Source of the DNA: the human T2T-CHM13v2.0 reference genome, Homo sapiens | NCBI RefSeq assembly: GCF_009914755.1 | Contig: NC_060926.1 | Length of the DNA: 64,000 nucleotides | Reading direction: 5' to 3' (one strand) | Part shown: in pieces, positions 58,096 through 64,000 of the stretch | How positions within the stretch are numbered: the stretch's first letter is position 1 | How the letters are laid out: each line of letters starts with the position of its first letter | The notes under the pieces: model-generated | Databases searched by the model: none | What the model was told of the DNA's origin: nothing | Seen by the model: only the letters and a program-made list of their open reading frames with translations | Position numbers and translations under genes: made by a program

Positions 58096-59752
58096 AAAGT
58101 CAATGTGAACACCCAAGCTTGTCATGGTCTCCCCTAACCAGCCCTGATCCACAGGTCTCACTTCTGCCAACACTACGCCCCAGCTAGGAACACAGCACCC
58201 AACACGGCGCAGGTCCTCAGTAACATTGGCTGAACGCCTGAACCAGCGCCAGCCTGCTCTCTCTCACTGAGCTCCTTTCTGTGCCTCCAGCAGGTCCTTC
58301 ATCCCAGCTGGTCTTTCCAGGTAAAAGCCTCTGGGTCTCCTTTTTCCTCACTCTTGCTGCCACCACCTGGCTCACACCCTTACTTCCCACAGGGCTGGGG
58401 ACAGACTCATCTCCCTGGTCCTGCCAATCCACCCTGGAACACATTAATCTTCCAAAATAATATTTTTGCAAGTACCACCTTCTGCTCAAAACACCTCAAT
58501 AGCTGCCAATTGTCCAAGAGTTCAAAATCTTCATTCTGGCATTCAGGGTCCTATATACTCTGGGCTTTACCATGAACTTGAATCTAAACCCCGCCCCCAC
58601 AGCTGCCTGAGGTAAACCATCTGCTTTAGCCAAGCTGACGTCCTCAGCATGTCACCAACTGGCCTCCTGACCTCGGCACATGCTGTAGCCCCTATTTTGA
58701 GAGCTCTTAAACTTCCCCACGAAAGTGCCTGGGGAGGAAGCTTCTCATTTTACTTGCTAATATATGTGGATTCTGCATTCTGTTCAATAAAATCCATGTT
58801 TGTATTTGTATTTTTAAGTGTTTAAAAATATTTGCCAAACAGATGTCTCCACCTGTTTCAGTGTAAGTGCCACTAGGGCAGGGACGACATCTGTCCCAGT
58901 CCCCACTGTGTTCCCAGCACTCAGTAGCACCCAGCACGCTGTCTGCTGGGTGAAGGAATGAATACATGGAGGACACAGGATGAAAGGAAATGCCAACTCC
59001 ACGGTCATCCTGTGGCTTCACATGCGCCAAAGCAAACACAACCCTGCACCCCCAATGTGGGAAGCACGCACTTAGAATGCCCCTCCCCACCTGGCCGCCT
59101 TCCGCCTCCCCCTCGAAATCTAGCTGAACCCCGCCTCCTCCATCGAGCCCACCTGAGCCTCCTTGCGCTACATCATGTTTAGCAAACACGCCTCACCTCC
59201 ACCCGGACCTTGCAAAGGGCCAGGTGGGAAGATAAACCTCCCTAAGATCTTCCCACAAGACCTGGGCACAGAACCCAGTCACCTCACTCTGCCCTCCTGC
59301 TTCGCCTTGACACAGAAACTCTGAAGCTCAGGGTCATGACAACCAGGAATGAAGGGAGAAGACCCCCGCCCCGAGATGGGTGTGAGCTGCGCTGCCAGGC
59401 CAGTTCTCGCCACTCATCATCCAGCTCCCAGCAGCGCAAAAGCTCTACTCTCCTTAGAAACTGGAGCTGGTTCCGGGCGATGCCCACGGACTCACTGCTC
59501 TCACTCACTCGGATGAGCCTGCCCTGGGGAGGGGAAGGGGGAAGCCCAGCTGGCAAGGAGGCTGCCATGTGCCCTGAGTGGGTGAGGTTAGCTGCTGCAC
59601 AAGGCAAGCCGGTCCCTGGGGCTCTGCTAGGCAGATGCTGGGCCTGGCTGGCACAAAGGGGTGCAAATCACCAACTCGACAGTCCCCCACAAGTGACACC
59701 CCGTGGCTCACTCTTGGTCTTAACTTCTCCCTAGCAGCCCCAGCTTTCTTCC

Positions 59753-60120
59753 TGTATTAGTCCGTTTTTGTACTGCTATAAATAACTGCCTGTGACCGGG
59801 CAATTTATAAAGGAAAGAGGTTTAACTGACTCACAGTTCAGCATGGCTGGGAAGGCCTCAGGAAATTTACAATCATGGCGAAAGGGTCACAAAACACCTC
59901 CTTCACAAAGCAGCAGGAAGACGTGCCGAGCGAAAGGGGAAGAGCCCTTTATAATACCATCGGATCTTGTGAGAACTCACTCACTATCACGAGAACAGCA
60001 TGGGGGAAACCACCCCATGATTCAACTACCTCCACCTGGTCTCTCCCTTGACACGTAGGGATGATGGAGATTACAATTCAAGATGAGATTTGGGTGGGGA
60101 CGCAAAGCCTAACCGTATCA
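59753..60120 (-). mobile_element. THE1D-like MaLR solo LTR
   Basis: tgtattagtccg...gagatttgggtgggg...accgtatca is the reverse complement of THE1D; TSD cttcc/cttac. Confidence 0.88.
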
Positions 60121-61452
60121 CTTACTCTCTCTAGCCTTCCACCTGCGAGCTCCACGGCTCCTTTCCCTCGGAGACCAGGCCAGCCACTGCACCTGGGGGG
60201 ATTTTCACAGCCTGGGAACACTCGGGGCTGCCAAGAGGTCGAAAACCAGGCCAAGTCCCGAGGGGTTCACCGGCATCATGCAGCGATAGCCGTGATGGCT
60301 CCTGAGGGTGCCTGGTTCCCCCGGCATCTGGCTCTGTGGGCCCCCATGACCACGTGTCCCAGCCCACTCCCCCCCGACACACACACCTCCTCTCGGTGAG
60401 GCCAACACTCGGGGCAGGAAAGCATGGCGGTGAAGAATGCAGCTCCAAACTCAGGCTGGAGTGGAATTTCATCTCCATCATGGGCCTGGGCCTTGGAAGT
60501 TGCCACACTTTAAACTCGCTGCCTCCCCTGCGAAATGCAAATAACCACAGGCCCATCTCAGGGTGGGTTGGAGACTCCTCTATGATGTGTGTAAAGAGCC
60601 CAGCATCAGACTGTGCCAGATACACAATACATCTAAGTGTTACCTATTATTGTTAGGCATATTATAAATTCCCAAGGTTACTCCTGAATTTATTCCCAAT
60701 TCTCCAGCTTTCTGAGTCTGCTTGAGTGAGTCAAGGTCATTTTCATCACCTGGGAAGGCAATGTGTGTCAATGGTCCCCAAATTTGGCTGTGCTGACATT
60801 CTAAGGCTCCATCCTCAAACACTGCCTTGTACACAGTAGGTCCTCTGTATCCACAGATTCAACAAAACTCAAATTTCATCACAAACATTCAAACACATTC
60901 GGAACATCAAAAACATTCAAACCACAACAGCTCTCAAGTAAGTTCCCATCCCCTGGTCCTCCCCCATTGCCTGTCCAGCCTCTGAGGTGGAATGCTGCCT
61001 GTGTCACTGTGCACTGGCTGGGTTTTGGGCCCTGCAGTGTAGCTGCACATCCTGGCCCCAGGACCCTGCCACCCAGCTGGACGGCTCAGCTCCTGTCCCA
61101 TCCCTTTCCACGTCTCATTATCGGGAAGACCCTCATGGCAGTGCCAGCAGCTGCTAGAGCCACCTGCCGGTGCTGAACTGACCGACTACCTCCCAGCCCA
61201 CAGTGGCTGCCTGTGTCTGGGGACACCAATTAACCTTCACACCATTAGTCAACAAGTCCTCCTCCAGCCCCTACAACAGGAGGGAGTGTGATGCCGTGGA
61301 ATAAGCACTGTCTTTGGAGCCAAACTGGCTTGTGTTCTATCACTCCTTAGAAAGTCCCTTAAAACCTCCCTCTGCAACCTTCTCACATGGAAAATTGCCT
61401 CACATGGCAATTAGTATTTCTTGGCTCATATGTATATATGTATTTTATTTTA

Positions 61453-61824
<372 letters not shown>

Positions 61825-62259
61825 CTAACACTATCTTCAGCTTATAATGCGTGAGGAAGGAATGAAAGCTATTAGGGTGTGTCCTACCTTCCCTTTTATT
61901 TCTGTGTCATTAATTTCAGCATTAAATGGTTGGCCAATACAGGGAAGCAGCATGGGATGTTCATGTTTCTGAGAATGTCACTGCCTTCTTTCTGTATTTG
62001 AAGCAAGTTCTAGTTTGAACAGAAAGCACAAAATCTCAGAGCTGTCAGTACCTCTACTTACTCAGCTGTGGATGCGACATGTTATTTTGCGCTTGTTTTG
62101 CATCTTGCTCAACTCCCAGACATTGTGAATTCACCAGAACTCCATGTTGCCGGGGCATCACACACAAATATGCAAATGACACAAAAACATATGGCAGGTA
62201 CTCATCTTGTATGTATTTCTTCAGTACATATGCATGTTCCATTGTCTCAGCAGGCTTCA

Positions 62260-62637
<378 letters not shown>

Positions 62638-62664
62638 TCATAAAGCCAACCTTGGTTAAAAAGA

Positions 62665-64000
<1,336 letters not shown>

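Overview
Human (primate) genomic DNA inside ADCY3 (adenylate cyclase 3), transcribed on the minus strand. Thirteen consecutive coding exons (45461 down to 284, about aa 226-832) splice in frame through canonical GT-AG junctions. They encode TM6, the C1a catalytic domain ([19 protein letters not shown]), C1b and most of the second TM bundle. The start and stop codons lie outside the window. The rest is intron (one of 30.2 kb, one of >18.5 kb) rich in repeats: about 29 Alus, a full-length THE1A provirus, solo LTRs (MER9, MER39-like, MLT2A, MST, THE1D, MLT1-like), DNA transposons (MER3, MER20, MER58A, MER45, MER44, MER5-like), L1/L2 relics and tandem repeats. I see no new gene, RNA gene or novel multi-gene system. 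The best leads are regulatory: a candidate alternative or poison exon at 50664-50836, antisense LTRs retaining DUX4-type motifs and splice donors, a sense LTR that has lost its polyA signal, a MER20, and G-rich tracts beside splice sites. Repeat families, ADCY3 numbering and disease variants are recalled from memory, not searched.
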